64,000 bases of DNA, taken from Octopus bimaculoides (lineage: Eukaryota). Positions 25,481-38,923 of the stretch are shown piece by piece. Both the position numbers and the translations under genes were made by a program. The notes beneath the pieces are model-generated. The model was given only the letters and a program-made list of their open reading frames with translations, was not told the DNA's origin and did no database searches. The stretch is taken from contig NC_068986.1 of assembly GCF_001194135.2 (NCBI RefSeq), forward strand, positions 1,445,314-1,509,313. The letters are read 5' to 3'. Within the stretch, counting starts at the first letter, position 1. Every line of letters starts with the position of its first letter.

Positions 25481-26469
25481 ATAAAAAGTACCTACTTGCC
25501 CAAATCAAATATTTGAAAATGTTATATTCTCGATGTTCATAAGCTATCTCTTTAGAAGATTATTATTCATTTACTTATTACTTGTATACAATGTACCAAC
25601 TTACTTAAATAAAATATTTGTAAATGTCTTGCTTTCGATTTCTACACACCTGTCTTTCTTTTATTAGATTACTAATAAATTACTTAAGGGATAAAATAAC
25701 TAAAAAACGGAAAAATAATTTGTTCAAAGCAGTCTCTATGAGGGATGATGAATTGCAGGATGGCCTTGATGCACAAAAAGGTTCCCCATCCCTTCTCTAG
25801 TGATTGAAAATAGCTAGAAAAAGGGACATGTAGTCTGTCTGGAGCATATTTTGGTATCACTTTCAAATGATCTGCTTTCATATTTATTTATATAAAGTAT
25901 TTTGTTTATGATAGCGTAAATTCTTTTAACATCAAGAGATTATTTTCAAATTGCTTGGGACAAACAAAATGGTCATTGGTATGGAATATGGGAATTATTG
26001 ACACTACACCGTCGAATCATTTGAAACTAAGCAACCAAGATTTACAAAGAAGGTAGAACCAATGAATTAGTTTTATAAATTGTGGGAAGAAAGTGTTTTA
26101 ACAATTGTTAAGGCACAGGTATGGCTGTGTGGTGAGAAACATGGTTCCCAGCCACATGGTTCCAGGTTCAGTCCCAATGCATGGCACCTTGGGCTGACCA
26201 AAAGCATTGTGAGAGAGAGGGAGAGAGAGATGGAGAGAGAAATTACTGGTGAAATTAATGTGTGAGTGATTGAGTATTCCTCAGATATGTGAATGTCTAA
26301 TGCAACTCTCACAATGTAAGACTTCTGAAGAGAGAGAGGGAGAGAGACAGACAGAGAAAGAGATGGGGAGAGAGAAATGTTGCCAGTCCTGGAGTCTTAT
26401 TTTTAGGTAACAACTCTCACCAAGATGAGTTGAAACTTCATCAAAGTTAACATTCATTGGCTTCGGTAC

Positions 26470-26890
26470 TATTTGAAATTGTATTTACTGAGAGTTGGAA
26501 TGAATATCACACGGCATACACAATTAACGATTTTACCAATTTGAAATATAATTTCTGTTGAATTATCAGTAAATCTTGCTAAGAGATCAATCTGGAATGA
26601 GGAGATGAAGGTTAGAACTGGAGTGAAGGATGTCGTCACAAAACACGACCATGGGCCGGTCATGTTCCAAGGTTCACAGACAGTCGGTGGAGCCATGCAG
26701 TTGTTGAGTGGCACGAATGGGAGAGACCCCCTCGGAAGACCTGCAATCAGGTGGGAAGATGATTTAAGAAAGGTGTTTGGAACAATTTGGAGGAATATGG
26801 CAAGAGACACAAGGGGAATGGAAGGAATGCTGTGGCCAGCAGAGCCGACCCGGCACCGGACAGACTGACCGATCCAGGTGATCCAGGTGA
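26470..26890 (+). mobile_element. RTE-clade LINE 3' end (a different family)
   Basis: IWNEEMKVRTGVKDV...WAGHVPRFTDSRWSHAVVEW...RPLGRPAIRWEDDL. Ends in the short tandem repeat GATCCAGGT x2. Confidence 0.8.
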
Positions 26891-27139
26891 ATTCAGTAAA
26901 AGAATAAAAGATTGAACACACACACATACATGGCCATACACTTACACAGAAAAACACAAAAAGCTCTGGTTTGTCATAATGTTTTTTTTTTATTTAGCTT
27001 TATTTTTCTTTGTTTCATGAAAATAATGAAGTAAACATATAAACCAATATAGACACCGTTTTTATTTTTTTGTTTTTTTTAATATATTCAGTCGAATTAT
27101 TGTTGTTTCAGTTGTATTACATTGTTGCGAACAAAGCAG

Positions 27140-27249
27140 CAGTAATCTGTGTATGTATCTGTGTGCACAGATGTGTGTATATGTATGTATGTATATATGT
27201 GTGTAGATACATGTGTATGTAAATATATGTATATATGTATATGTGTGAG

Positions 27250-27281
<32 letters not shown>

Positions 27282-27313
27282 CATATATATATGCATATAT
27301 ATATTTATATACG

Positions 27314-27346
<33 letters not shown>

Positions 27347-28445
27347 ATACAGATATATGTACATATACACACATATATATGTGTATATATATATGCATAT
27401 ATATATTTATATGTGTATATATATACATATATATATATATGTGTGTACATATGTGTGTGTGTGTGTGTATGTATATATATATATGAGTGTATGTGTTTAT
27501 AGAACCATCAACAATTCATTGTACACTACAAAATGACACTATTTTCAGTATCCACTCTTTTAATTTTGAAATACAGAACATTTTGATAATTTGAGCAAAA
27601 CAAAGCTGCGTTTTTTTTTTTCCCCCACATAGGGATCCAAAGTTTGAAGAAGAAAAATAAAATGCATAACACACATATATATACATATATATACATATGT
27701 GTGTGTATGCGTGTATGTATATGTATGCATGTATGTATATGCGTGTCTGTGTGTGTATATATGTATATATATACAAACACATATACATGTATATATATAT
27801 ATATGTATTATATGTACAAACACATATACATGCATGTATATATATATATATACATATATATATATGTATTATATGTATGTATACATATATATATGTATAT
27901 ATATATACATATACACGTATATATATATATTATGTGTATATAACCAATATTAGTCATGAGAACTGTCTCTGTAATTTGAAAATGATCCTTCCCACCAATA
28001 GAATACTTTTTAAGACTAGGTTTCTCAATGTTGTTTGTTTTTTGGCTTTTTTTGAAAAATACTTTTTCTTTAAGTAAAAATACAGATAGCGCCACCTGGA
28101 TAATTGTTTTAAAATTTTTTTTTATTTATTTAATTTTTTTTTGTATTAGATTTGAGTAAAAATAAAATTGCATATATTTTACTTTGTAGTATTATTTTTA
28201 TAATTTTATTTTCAATAAAGAAATTATCAATGTTCCACAATGACATATGTGTAAATTACATATATATATATCATNNNNNNNNNNCACACATATATATACA
28301 TATATATACATATGTGTGTGTATGCGTGTATGTATATGTATGCATGTATGTATATGCGTGTCTGTGTGTGTATATATGTATATATATACAAACACATATA
28401 CATGTATATATATATATATATCATATATATATATATATATCATGT
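27140..28445. repeat. Compound (TA)/(TG)/(CA) microsatellite field; similar fields at 15610-15712, 33650-33860, 35263-35370, 37560-39130, 53340-53620 and 56020-56720
   Basis: Dinucleotide runs that generate the YIYI/THTH/CVCV pseudo-ORFs. Confidence 0.95.
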
Positions 28446-31400
28446 ATAATATTAACTCAAGCTTGGCAATATTTGTGCCATTGCGTGTTCAAGGGAGATA
28501 ACTTAGTAACACTATTGACAATATAGAAGGAACAACGAATTGTATAAACCAGTTATTTCTGATGTTATGATTTGTAATATTTATCGACCAATATACGTAC
28601 GAAGCATGAAATATGCGTTTTCCCATAAGATTCGGTTTTCTTTGAAGGTAAATGTATGTGGGTGTGAGTGTGTAGATAAAATAATGAAGAAATGTGGTTT
28701 TAATTTAAGGCTAAATCTCTCCCCCTTAAAAATAAAAATCGTTTATTAACAGTAAAATTTTCAATAATATGAAATTCAAGCAAATGATACGAGAAGCATG
28801 GTGTTAAGTAATCAAGTTTTGATAAAAACATTATTTAGCTTGGTGTTAATTGAAGCTTATACAAAAAAATCCCACCCTAAAAAAAAAAAGAATGAAATAT
28901 TCACAGAAATATTTTAAATTATGATGAATCTGTTATAGAAAAAGTGGCAGGTAATTGAAATTGATCCAAAATTCTTTACTGAAAATGAGCTTGGAAAAAA
29001 TGATATGATGCCAATAGGAAATTTCATACTTATTATACTGAAACGATTGCAAAGATTTAGTTAAAAATGTGGTGGTAGGAGTTTAACTATTCAATTTGCT
29101 CTCTTCAGTAACTGCTGTAGTGTCTTCAAATGTAACATCTAGAAAATAAAGTAACATAAAAATATACAAAGCGTTAATTAAAATTGATAAAATATAGCAA
29201 CACTATACTAGATTTTAGACAAACTTAAAAAAATTTGGATAATATATAAATATATATTATTGTTCTAAGGTCATTAACTTTTTAGAAATAATTGATGGAA
29301 AGGTAAAAGACAAAAAAAAAAAAGGAAAATAAGCAGATATTCTTTATTATTATTTTGTTTTTCGTTTTTTTTAATAACTGAAATAACCACTGAGAGCCAG
29401 AACTGGTTGAATAACACACAGTACATATTAAACTGTTACTATTGCTATTCTAATAGTTGTCGTTGTTTAACCCCAGGTCAATCCTGTTTGAACAGTCTTA
29501 TGATGATCAAAGTTGTTTCAGCTGTGACTGTTCTGAACAACAATGTCCAATGTGCCGTTTTCTCATTTTAAAGATGGTAGAGTGAGAGTCAATAGATATT
29601 TGACTGCTATTTCTAGTAGATTACATATCCATGCAGAGGTTGTCCAATGCTCTGCTTATCAGCTGACAGCCGTGTATCAGGAGTAGTTCCTTAATCTGCA
29701 GTTGTGAATTCAAACCTCGCATGAGTCACACATAGAAAAGGATGGAATCCAACAAGCTGAAGAGTCTTAGAAACATGGTTCTGCCATTATCACACAATAG
29801 GCTTGCTTTTTGTGTAAAATAAATATTTTAAACAAAATATTAATTTAAGAAAGTTGTTAGCAAATAATGCAATCCCCAAAAAGGGCCACTTGTTGTGATC
29901 CTTATTTGTTATATTACTGATGACCCGGATCTTTGGATTTACTTGGTTCATATTTCTGCTATAATAACACCCACCTGCTCCAGAACTTTTGAAACCGTAG
30001 TTTAGGCATTGTGTTTGTATATGGCACAATATGAAAACACTGTGAGTAAGAGATATTAGCCATATATATATACATACATATATATATATATATANNNNNN
30101 NNNNNNNNNNNNNNNNNNNNNNNNNNNNNNNNNNNNNNNNNNNNNNNNNNNNNNNNNNNNNNNNNNNNNNNNNNNNNNNNNNNNNNNNNNNNNNNNNNNN
30201 NNNNNNNNNNNNNNNNNNNNNNNNNNNNNNNNNNNNNNNNNNNNNNNNNNNNNNNNNNNNNNNNNNNNNNNNNNNNNNNNNNNNNNNNNNNNNNNNNNNG
30301 GTAACTTTGTGTGCTTTAAATTACAGCAGGTTATTATACAAAATATGCTAGAGGTGAATGGCTAACCTGTATAACTTTTAGTGAATTTACCGAATAACTG
30401 GACCAACACTCATAGCATTGCTAACCGAGCATTCAATTAGCACCACCCCCAATGCCACTATCCCACCCCACCCCACCCCCAGCCCCAGTGCCATACAGTT
30501 TACAGGTGCGAGACAAGGACCATATTTTTACGGTTATCATACAACCTTATTGTACAAACTTCAGAGTCTACGTTGAAGTTTTGTAAATGAAAAGATAATT
30601 CAGTTGACCAACTGAACGTTTGAAAGACAATTTGTGGTGAAATGTGATACGTCAAAATTTATTATTGCAACTTTCGCTTGATATCACCTAATAATGGTGA
30701 AAGCAACCAATAATAAGCTCTAATGGTAAAGATACATATAGCACAAGATGACATCCAGTAACCAACTATGGTGTAATTAAATTACGTGTTTCAGAATGCT
30801 ATACTCAATCAAAATATTAAATATGTACAGTTGTGAGAACAACAAAATTTCTTATGCGTAAGTTCAATGACTTGCTATTGATCAGAAGATTGATTAATGT
30901 ACCACCACCACCACCACATCCTCCTCCTCCTCCTCATCATCATCATCACTGTTACCATCATCATTAATGTTAATTCTGTTTTGACTTAATAACATACCAA
31001 TATCGTAATTTTTCACACTGTAGATACAGTAACAAAGTCTTTTTTTTTCATCTTCAAGATATTTGAATGCTTTTCTCAGTGATCTCTTTCTTTTTTACTT
31101 GAATGAAACATTCAATCATACCAAGTACCTGTTATTCTGTCATTTGATAAAGAAAAAAAAATTGGGTTTTTTTTCCGGCAGTTTCTCTCTTAACGAAGTG
31201 ACTGCATTTAATCACCTGTCTTTATCTTCTCACAGCACAACTGTCAAGCCTTTCGGACTTTAAGCAGTCGTGGTGGTAGTTGATCTTATCTTCCAACTGA
31301 ACCTAAGAAACTATGTTTCTATTGTTTTTTTTTTTTCAATATTGATGACACTATCTGCCAGTCATCTCCCGACAGACATGTCAGCTTTTTAACAGTGACA

Positions 31401-33709
31401 GGGCAGGATTTAAGCTTCGGTACTCAGAATGTACAGGTCCCACAGGGCATCCAGTCCGACACAGTAACAATTCTGCCTACCCACTGCCCCAGGCCGGGAC
31501 TTTTTCTTTTATTGACTCCCTCCAGACCCATCTCCAACCCCAGAAAGAAAATGGTGCAAGGCAAAATTATTGACCTTGGTGGGATTTGAACTTAGACAGC
31601 AGAGAGTCAGAACTACTACTGTGAAGTATGGTGTTCTATGCAGCATGCTGACTCAGTCATTTTACTGCCTTCAAGCTGTTATAGCACTCTATAAATGTTA
31701 TTTTCCATTTATTCATGTTTTTACAATAGTAAATAAAAAAAAGAAAAGAAATGAAATGAAATTCAAATTAACAATTTAAGACATTAAAACACAATCTCGT
31801 GTCCTAGTAACTCTAGAACATTGACAAACCACAAGCTGCTATAAAGTAAATAATATTCTCTAGTGATTCCAAGAAGAATAAATTTGAAACAAAATACCCT
31901 TCACAGAGAAAAACAAATAAAATGAAAGTAAGACAATATTTAAGAAAAATATAAAAAACAAACAGCATAAAAATAATCATCCCCAAAATAAACATGAACA
32001 GTATTTGCTTGAGCTTGCAGCTCAAGTAAAGCCTTATTGAAGCAATTAAAGTTCTATAAAAATTAATTAGTGAATAGTTTGTAATTTCTTTGGAAGCTAT
32101 CTGATTATAAACTAAAGTTGGTCCGTTGCTGCCTCACCACCATGTCCCCTCCCCCCCTCCTCTGATATAACCAGCTTCCTTTAATATACAGTTTGTAGTT
32201 TCCTTGTTAACATTGGCTTTATTCATGATGTTATATTAATATCAATCCATGCAGACACACTTGCCATCTTCAGATTGAATTAAAAATCATGATTCGGGAA
32301 AAAAAAAAAAGGAAAAGAAAACATTCAGTGACGTTTATGATTATAATGCTTCTCAACTATAGCAGCAACAACAACCACAAAAACAAAAACTACAATAGTT
32401 GTGATGTCTGCACACAAAAATTCAACAATTGTTTTTTTTTTTTCATCAATAGTAATTTAATGGGCTTTTTTTTCGTTTTTTGTTTTTTAAATCACTGAGC
32501 AATTTATGTAAAATAAAATAAAAATAAAATTTTTGGAAGATATTTTTGAAAGATTTTTTTTTTTTTGATTTTCCTTGGTTAAAATCTTTTAAAATTGTTT
32601 GCTGATTCTTTTCTTTTTAGAAACCAGATGTGATGTGTAACATGGATAAACATCAACTTCTGTTTAAGCCATAAATTTAGCTGACAATTAGTAGTTCAAA
32701 AATAAATAAGTTAACAGTTCCACAGATGATTAGGGTTTGACAAACAGTGACACTAATCTAAAATATTTACAAAAAACATTTTCAAATGTTTCACAGACCA
32801 GAGTCGATTTTTCTAACATTAACAGACAGCAGTAAATTTATTTCACATGGATATCATCAACATGAAATGTTGTAGTCACAGCAAGGCTGGATGCGGCACA
32901 GGCACCTTTCAAGTTACATATCAAAGAGATTCCATTTTAGTCAATTATACAAAGAACACCATCAAAGCTAGCCTAAGAATACAGTCGATCAAAATTTTGT
33001 AGAAATGATACCAAAGTCAGCTGTCATGGATTCTACAATAGTAAGCCATCACAATGATACTTGGAAACAGCCAACATTATTTAAGCTTTGGGACAAAGAA
33101 CACAATAACTGTAAAATTAGAAGCTATAAAGGCAGGCATCTGTGCATTTCCAATTGCAAAACAAAACACAAAACTAACAACAATGAATATATAAATTTTT
33201 GTTTTTTAATGAAAACACCTAATTGTAATTATTCTGAAAGTGAGTAGAATTCATTTAGCAAATATAGAAATGCAATTTAGAATTTTCCCTCCGATCAGCT
33301 TTAGTGTTTTGTGCAAAATGCAAACTAATCTGGACTCAGCTTTGTAACTGAGTATATATAATGTATATATAATGTATATATATACATATATATATTTTGA
33401 GATAAGATGAGAGATGAGGGTGACAAGAATTCATCTCCTGCCCTTAGCATTTCATTATGACATGTTTAATGAGTTTTATTAAAAAGAAATAAATAAAAAA
33501 TAATAATAATCATGCACACAGTATTCTTAATATACAATTTCAGAATTAAGATCAACTTGTCATCAGAAAATACTATTTTAAATACAAGATTATCCAGAAC
33601 CAAGATACAAAGATTTCTCAAGTTAACATATATAAATAATATACATATACATATACATATGCATGTATACACAAATATGTATGTATGGATGGATAGATGG
33701 ATGTATGTA

Positions 33710-33750
<41 letters not shown>

Positions 33751-33865
33751 NNNNNNNNNNATATATATATACATATATATACACACACAAACATATATAT
33801 ACATATACATTTATACTATATATATATATATATATATAAAGTATATATGTATATGTAAATATATA

Positions 33866-34655
33866 TGGTGTCTAATCAATAAGTATCCAGACTGTTGCCA
33901 TAGTAACGAAGTTAAAGAACACAGAATGAAGCTGCTTGGCAAAGATTAAACTTGAACTCTGCTGTGCATGCACACTAAGTTTTAACATTCTAGCTCACTC
34001 CCACTGTTTACAGTAGTGCTTGGAAGGAAGGTGTGTAGTGTGTGATTGTCGCATCGACCACAACAGAGAAAGTTGTCATGACAATACCTGCTGAGAGGCC
34101 TATGCAAAGTTGTAGAAAGTGTATGAGCCACACTCAAGTGTGTGAGTGGTTTCCAAAATGGCCAAAACAACGTCAATATTCATGAACGTTCTCAGATGCC
34201 TGCAGCCAGCAGAACTGAGAAGAACATCGCAGATGTGCATGCAACTGCGAGGGGAAATCGTTGAATCACCATCCGTGATTTGCCAGAGGATGTGCAGATA
34301 AGTTATGGTTCAGTTCAGTCAATTATCACTGTAGATTTGGATTTGTATCTGCACAAGATTGTGTTGAGAAAAATGAAAACGTTTTGAAAACCTTGTGTAG
34401 ACCTCTGAGCAGGTATCACCAAGATTTTGGCAAAATTTGATGCAGATTCTCTGCTCAACTGTCTCTGTCTTGGTCAATGTGATGATCACATGCTACACAC
34501 CTTCCTTCCAAGCACTGCTGTAAACAGCAGAAGAGAGTTAAGACGTTAAAACTTAGTGTGCATACACAGCAGAGTTTAAGGTCAATCTGTGTCAAGCGGC
34601 TCCACTCTCTGTGCTTTAGCTTCGTTACTATAGCAACAGTCTAGATACTTATACT
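33866..34655. mobile_element. Mariner-derived fold-back element: two inverted copies of the mariner 5' end around a deleted transposase N-terminus
   Basis: 33879-34060 is the reverse complement of 34471-34652 (about 80% by eye), and homology continues into the ORF. The + strand encodes ERSQMPAASRTEKNIADV...ITIRDLPEDVQISYGSVQSIITVDL (mariner HTH). The - arm encodes VEQRICIKFCQNLG. Confidence 0.85.
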
Positions 34656-34789
34656 CTCATGTTTGCCTCATACTCTTACTCATGCCATTTGTGTGATTTT
34701 TATCTTGCATATGTAAATGTGTGTGTGAGTATATGGGTATATGTCTGTATATATGTATATGTATATATATAAATTATTATTTATATAGA

Positions 34790-35260
34790 TAGGGTAATAA
34801 ATTGAATATTAATTCAATTTAAAACCAAGTGGCCTAGCATATAAAAAAATCAGAAAAAATTCTATTACACTAGGTGGACATTCAATATGCTAGAAAGAGG
34901 TCATCAAGGACCCAATCACAAAGAAAAATAATGTTCTCCAGAAAAATTTCGCAAAACGCCAGAACAGGACAAAATGAGAAATATACAGAATAAAGAATTA
35001 TCTATGGACTGTAGTTTCGAACATTAACGTTTTACTTACGTAACAACATCTGTGTTCTCATCAGCATAGACGTTCTAGAATCAATATAATTTGCAGAACT
35101 ATACACGAATTATCTTCATGAAACAAGACTTGCATATAGTTCTACCGATTATATTGGGGCTATTTTTCAAAATGCCTCAGCTGCATTTTTCTTTGTGGTT
35201 GTGTCATTGATGACCTTTTTCTAGCATATTGGATGTCCACCTAGTGGTCATCCCTTATAC
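34790..35260 (-). mobile_element. Non-autonomous Penelope-like / retrozyme-like element carrying the hammerhead, with a 61-bp inverted repeat
   Basis: Bounded by (TA)n tracts. The inverted repeat is 34868-34928 vs 35186-35246 (56/61 identical). Minimal hammerheads lacking helix III are characteristic of Penelope-like elements. No ORF. Confidence 0.6.
35001..35070 (-). ncRNA. Minimal type I hammerhead ribozyme
   Basis: The minus strand reads TCTATG-CTGATGA-GAACA[29 nt]TGTTC-GAAA-C-TACA-GTC-CATAGA. That gives a 6-bp helix I, an intact CUGAUGA/GAAA core, an extended helix II, a vestigial helix III and a GUC cleavage triplet. Confidence 0.88.
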
Positions 35261-35262
35261 AC

Positions 35263-35352
<90 letters not shown>

Positions 35353-36287
35353 GTATGTATATATATACGTGTGCTATGTAGACAGGTACATGTATATAGG
35401 AGCAGGCATGACTGTGTGGATAAGAAGTTTGCTCCCCAGCCACATGATTTCAGGTTCAGTCCCACATTAATCTGATGGGTTACTCTGTCCTTTTGGAGAG
35501 TACAAATTTATCATTCTTCTACTAGAACGTTGTTGATAGTGACTTTGAAGTTTCAGCCAGCTGAGTCATTGTCGGAGTGACCAACAATGGCTTAACATTC
35601 TTGTATAAGAATAATATATACATTTGCCTAAGAAGTCTTCAAGGCAGTGCCCCAGCATGGCCAAAATCTTATGACTGAAACAATTAAAAAAGATTAAAAA
35701 AAAGATCTAGGCATGCATCCAAGCATGCATGTATACATACATATATACACATATATTCTTTGATTGGTTTTAAACACCAGGTTGCGACCATGCTGCGACC
35801 ATGCTGCAACACTTTCCCTTTGAAGAGCTGAAGACAATTATACTGATCCCTCTTCTCACATTGGTACTTATGTTATCAGTCTTTAGTTTGCAAAATGGCA
35901 AAGTTTACCCTTTTTGTGGGTTTTTTTTGGCATGAAGGAAGGTAATTTAGCATAATTCAATACTAAGCTACAACATATACAGAAATACAACAGACTTCTC
36001 TACAGTTTCTATCTACAAAATTTCACACACAAGGCATTCGTCAGCATGAGGTTACACTTGATCAAGGTGCCATGTAGCTGGATTGAACCTGGAACCAACA
36101 GAAGTTTACAAAAACAACTCAAGGGTTGAGGGTTTTGTGCATGGCACATATAAAACCCATGGCCCTCGAATCACTTATGTAACATTCTGTTAATTAAATA
36201 TATATAAAGATGCATGTTTGTGTGTGTGTATACACACATACACACCCATAAAAATGTATGTATCTATATAGATATCTCCATATATAC

Positions 36288-36325
<38 letters not shown>

Positions 36326-37149
36326 GGAGAGAGAGAGAGAGAGCGAGAGAGAGAAAGAGAAATAGATAGATAGATAATAGCACTCAATACTATTATCAAC
36401 TTTTATTTTCAAAGAATTATACATCTCTTAATTCAGCAAATCTATTTTGTTTCAGTTTATCTTTTATCACACATTACTGACCAGTTTCTATGGGATACAC
36501 ACACAACATACCCCCACCCCCGCCTGCCACCACATACCTATAGTTCAAATAGAAAATAGAAAACACATTAACCTCACTATTTATATCCCAGTCCCTATCT
36601 AAGGATGTTTGAAATAACTGAAGTCATCTTTTTTTTTCTCTTCAAGCTAATTAATCTTTTCTTATTTGGGCAGAAGACCAGTAACTGAAAGGAAAGGATA
36701 ACAGATGATTGGAGTCCAGAATATTACTGGTACTCATGATATTCACCTCTGAGTCATGAAAAGTAATGTAAATTTGAGGGAATTCAAACTAGAAATGAGG
36801 ATGGATGAAACATACGTGATTGTATGTAAACACTGCCTTCTAAAATTATATACTTCAAAGTATACAGTGAAGAATTCTACGACCCTGGTCACGGTCTCAA
36901 AGCGACGAAAATATTTTGGCAAATTAAATTTAAATGTTGAAGTGAATCTAACGGTTTTTGTGTGTTATTTTAAATGGCTTATAAACACCTTCCACGCTGC
37001 AATTGTTTTCGTTCCAGCACACGATCTCAGATCAAGTCACTTGCTATGCAAGTACATTTCCGTAAACTAGTTATACTTTTGTGTAAAAATAATCATTTTT
37101 TACACAATTCCTAATAATACATAAGAGGATGTTTTTAAACATTGAATTG

Positions 37150-37221
37150 CTAGGAGAGTCCATCCAAGTAAAATAGGAATCAAAGGGGTCCCTAAATAAA
37201 ACAAATGGTTGAGAAACACTG
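37150..37221. mobile_element. Isolated hAT-Charlie-type terminus
   Basis: Ends GGTTGAGAAACACTG, the Charlie TIR. The partner end was not found. Confidence 0.4.
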
Positions 37222-37598
37222 GGTTAGACAAATGTATTATGTATATTGTTTTACAAACAGATGCTCTTCCTGTCACTAACCCGTACCAGTTTTTCAAGTA
37301 AGGATTGTGTGTGTGTGTGTAGCAAGTGAGAGGAGACTAAGAAATCCAGGCAGTAACCTCAGTCATTTATTCATCAAAGTTATGATGAAATAACAATAGA
37401 TTTTTCAATTATATAATGAATATTATATAATAAATGTTATCACAATCATTGCTCATATTCATGTTTTCTAATTTGTTAAATGATTTACTCTCCCTATGTT
37501 GTTGAAACAGTTGTAACTGAGGAATGTGATACCAGTACCTCTCTTCTTTGCTTGTTACATGTGTATGCATACGTGTGTGTGTATGTGTGCACATGTGG

Positions 37599-37636
<38 letters not shown>

Positions 37637-37681
37637 CTATTAATTTTATTATTATAATATATATGTGTGTGTGTATGTGTG

Positions 37682-37725
<44 letters not shown>

Positions 37726-38784
37726 GTTTGTTTTTATCTCAAGTTATAATAAAAACAATTTTACGTGAAATTGAAGGATTACTCAATACATTTTGTAGAG
37801 TACATATTTATTACACTTTTACAAGAAAAGTGCTAACAGTGACTTTGAAGCTGCAGCCTGCTGGCCTTCAATGAACTGTCATTTCAAAGTCACCGTCCTT
37901 CTGAGAAAATTATAATACATACATACATACATATATATATATATATTCACATACATACACACACATATTTATACATATACGCATACATATGTATATTAAT
38001 AGCAGCTTAATATACTTTTCACCATTGTATTGGATTGATAAATCAGAAATAAAATAAAGTAAGAGTTAAATATCTTCACTCAACTTTTGTTTATTTATGA
38101 TTTCTATCCACACAAATTAAAATTAGTTTTCAATTTAATTTTGTATTTAATCTGGAAGAAAAGCAGATAATAAAAATATAATCTGAAACTTTCAATGTTA
38201 TTATTATAATACCTACAATTCTTAAATTATAAGCCTACCTCTGAGAAGGAAACAAATGTAAACAGAAAGGCTTATAATTTCTGAATGGCAGGTAACTGTA
38301 CTGCCATTTGAAAATTAAAAATTATTCAATATATGCTGCATAGTGCAGAAAATAATCAATCAATAAAAATATACTCCACAGTAAAATTTCCAAGAGCTTT
38401 TTAAAATAAAGCAAGCAAGCGGTTATATATGTATATACATATAACATCTAAGAATTAATATGCACATGTGTACATGCAGGTTTGTTGATAGAACCACAAA
38501 AAAATTAATATGCACAAAAAATGTGTAAAGGTGAATTTATAAACAATATAATTTCATCTGATTGGAGTTTGAGTGTACACACACACACACAAACATATAT
38601 TTCTGCATGTAATTTCTTCCGTCTTCATTTCCTGCACAATTTTCAAAATATTTTTGGCTATACATCATATTCTGTATAAAATGCACACATACACGTGCAT
38701 ATGTACACACACACATACACGCACACACACATTCCAATATTCACAGACACAAACACATAGAGATATACTTACACACATGTACTC

Positions 38785-38923
<139 letters not shown>

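Noticed and set aside
27670-28415. Identical ~135-bp compound microsatellite block at about 27670-27800 and 28285-28415
   Set aside because: The second copy starts exactly at a 10-N gap, so it is most likely a duplicated contig end (assembly artefact).
27117-28526. Numerous YIYI/THTH/CVCV/poly-I/L/M ORFs here and at 33466-33949, 37409-39058, 44388-44643, 52196-53699 and 55964-57741, plus ORFs running through N gaps
   Set aside because: Translations of di- and trinucleotide microsatellites or of N-runs.
29750-29785. CTGAAGA-GTCTTA-GAAA-CATG-GTT as a hammerhead
   Set aside because: Helix II does not close (G/A) and helix I is not complementary. At most a decayed remnant.
32900-33120. Cluster of ATCAAAG/ACAAAG (TCF/SOX-like) motifs as an enhancer
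   Set aside because: Short AT-rich motifs are expected by chance in this base composition, and there is no conservation or chromatin evidence.
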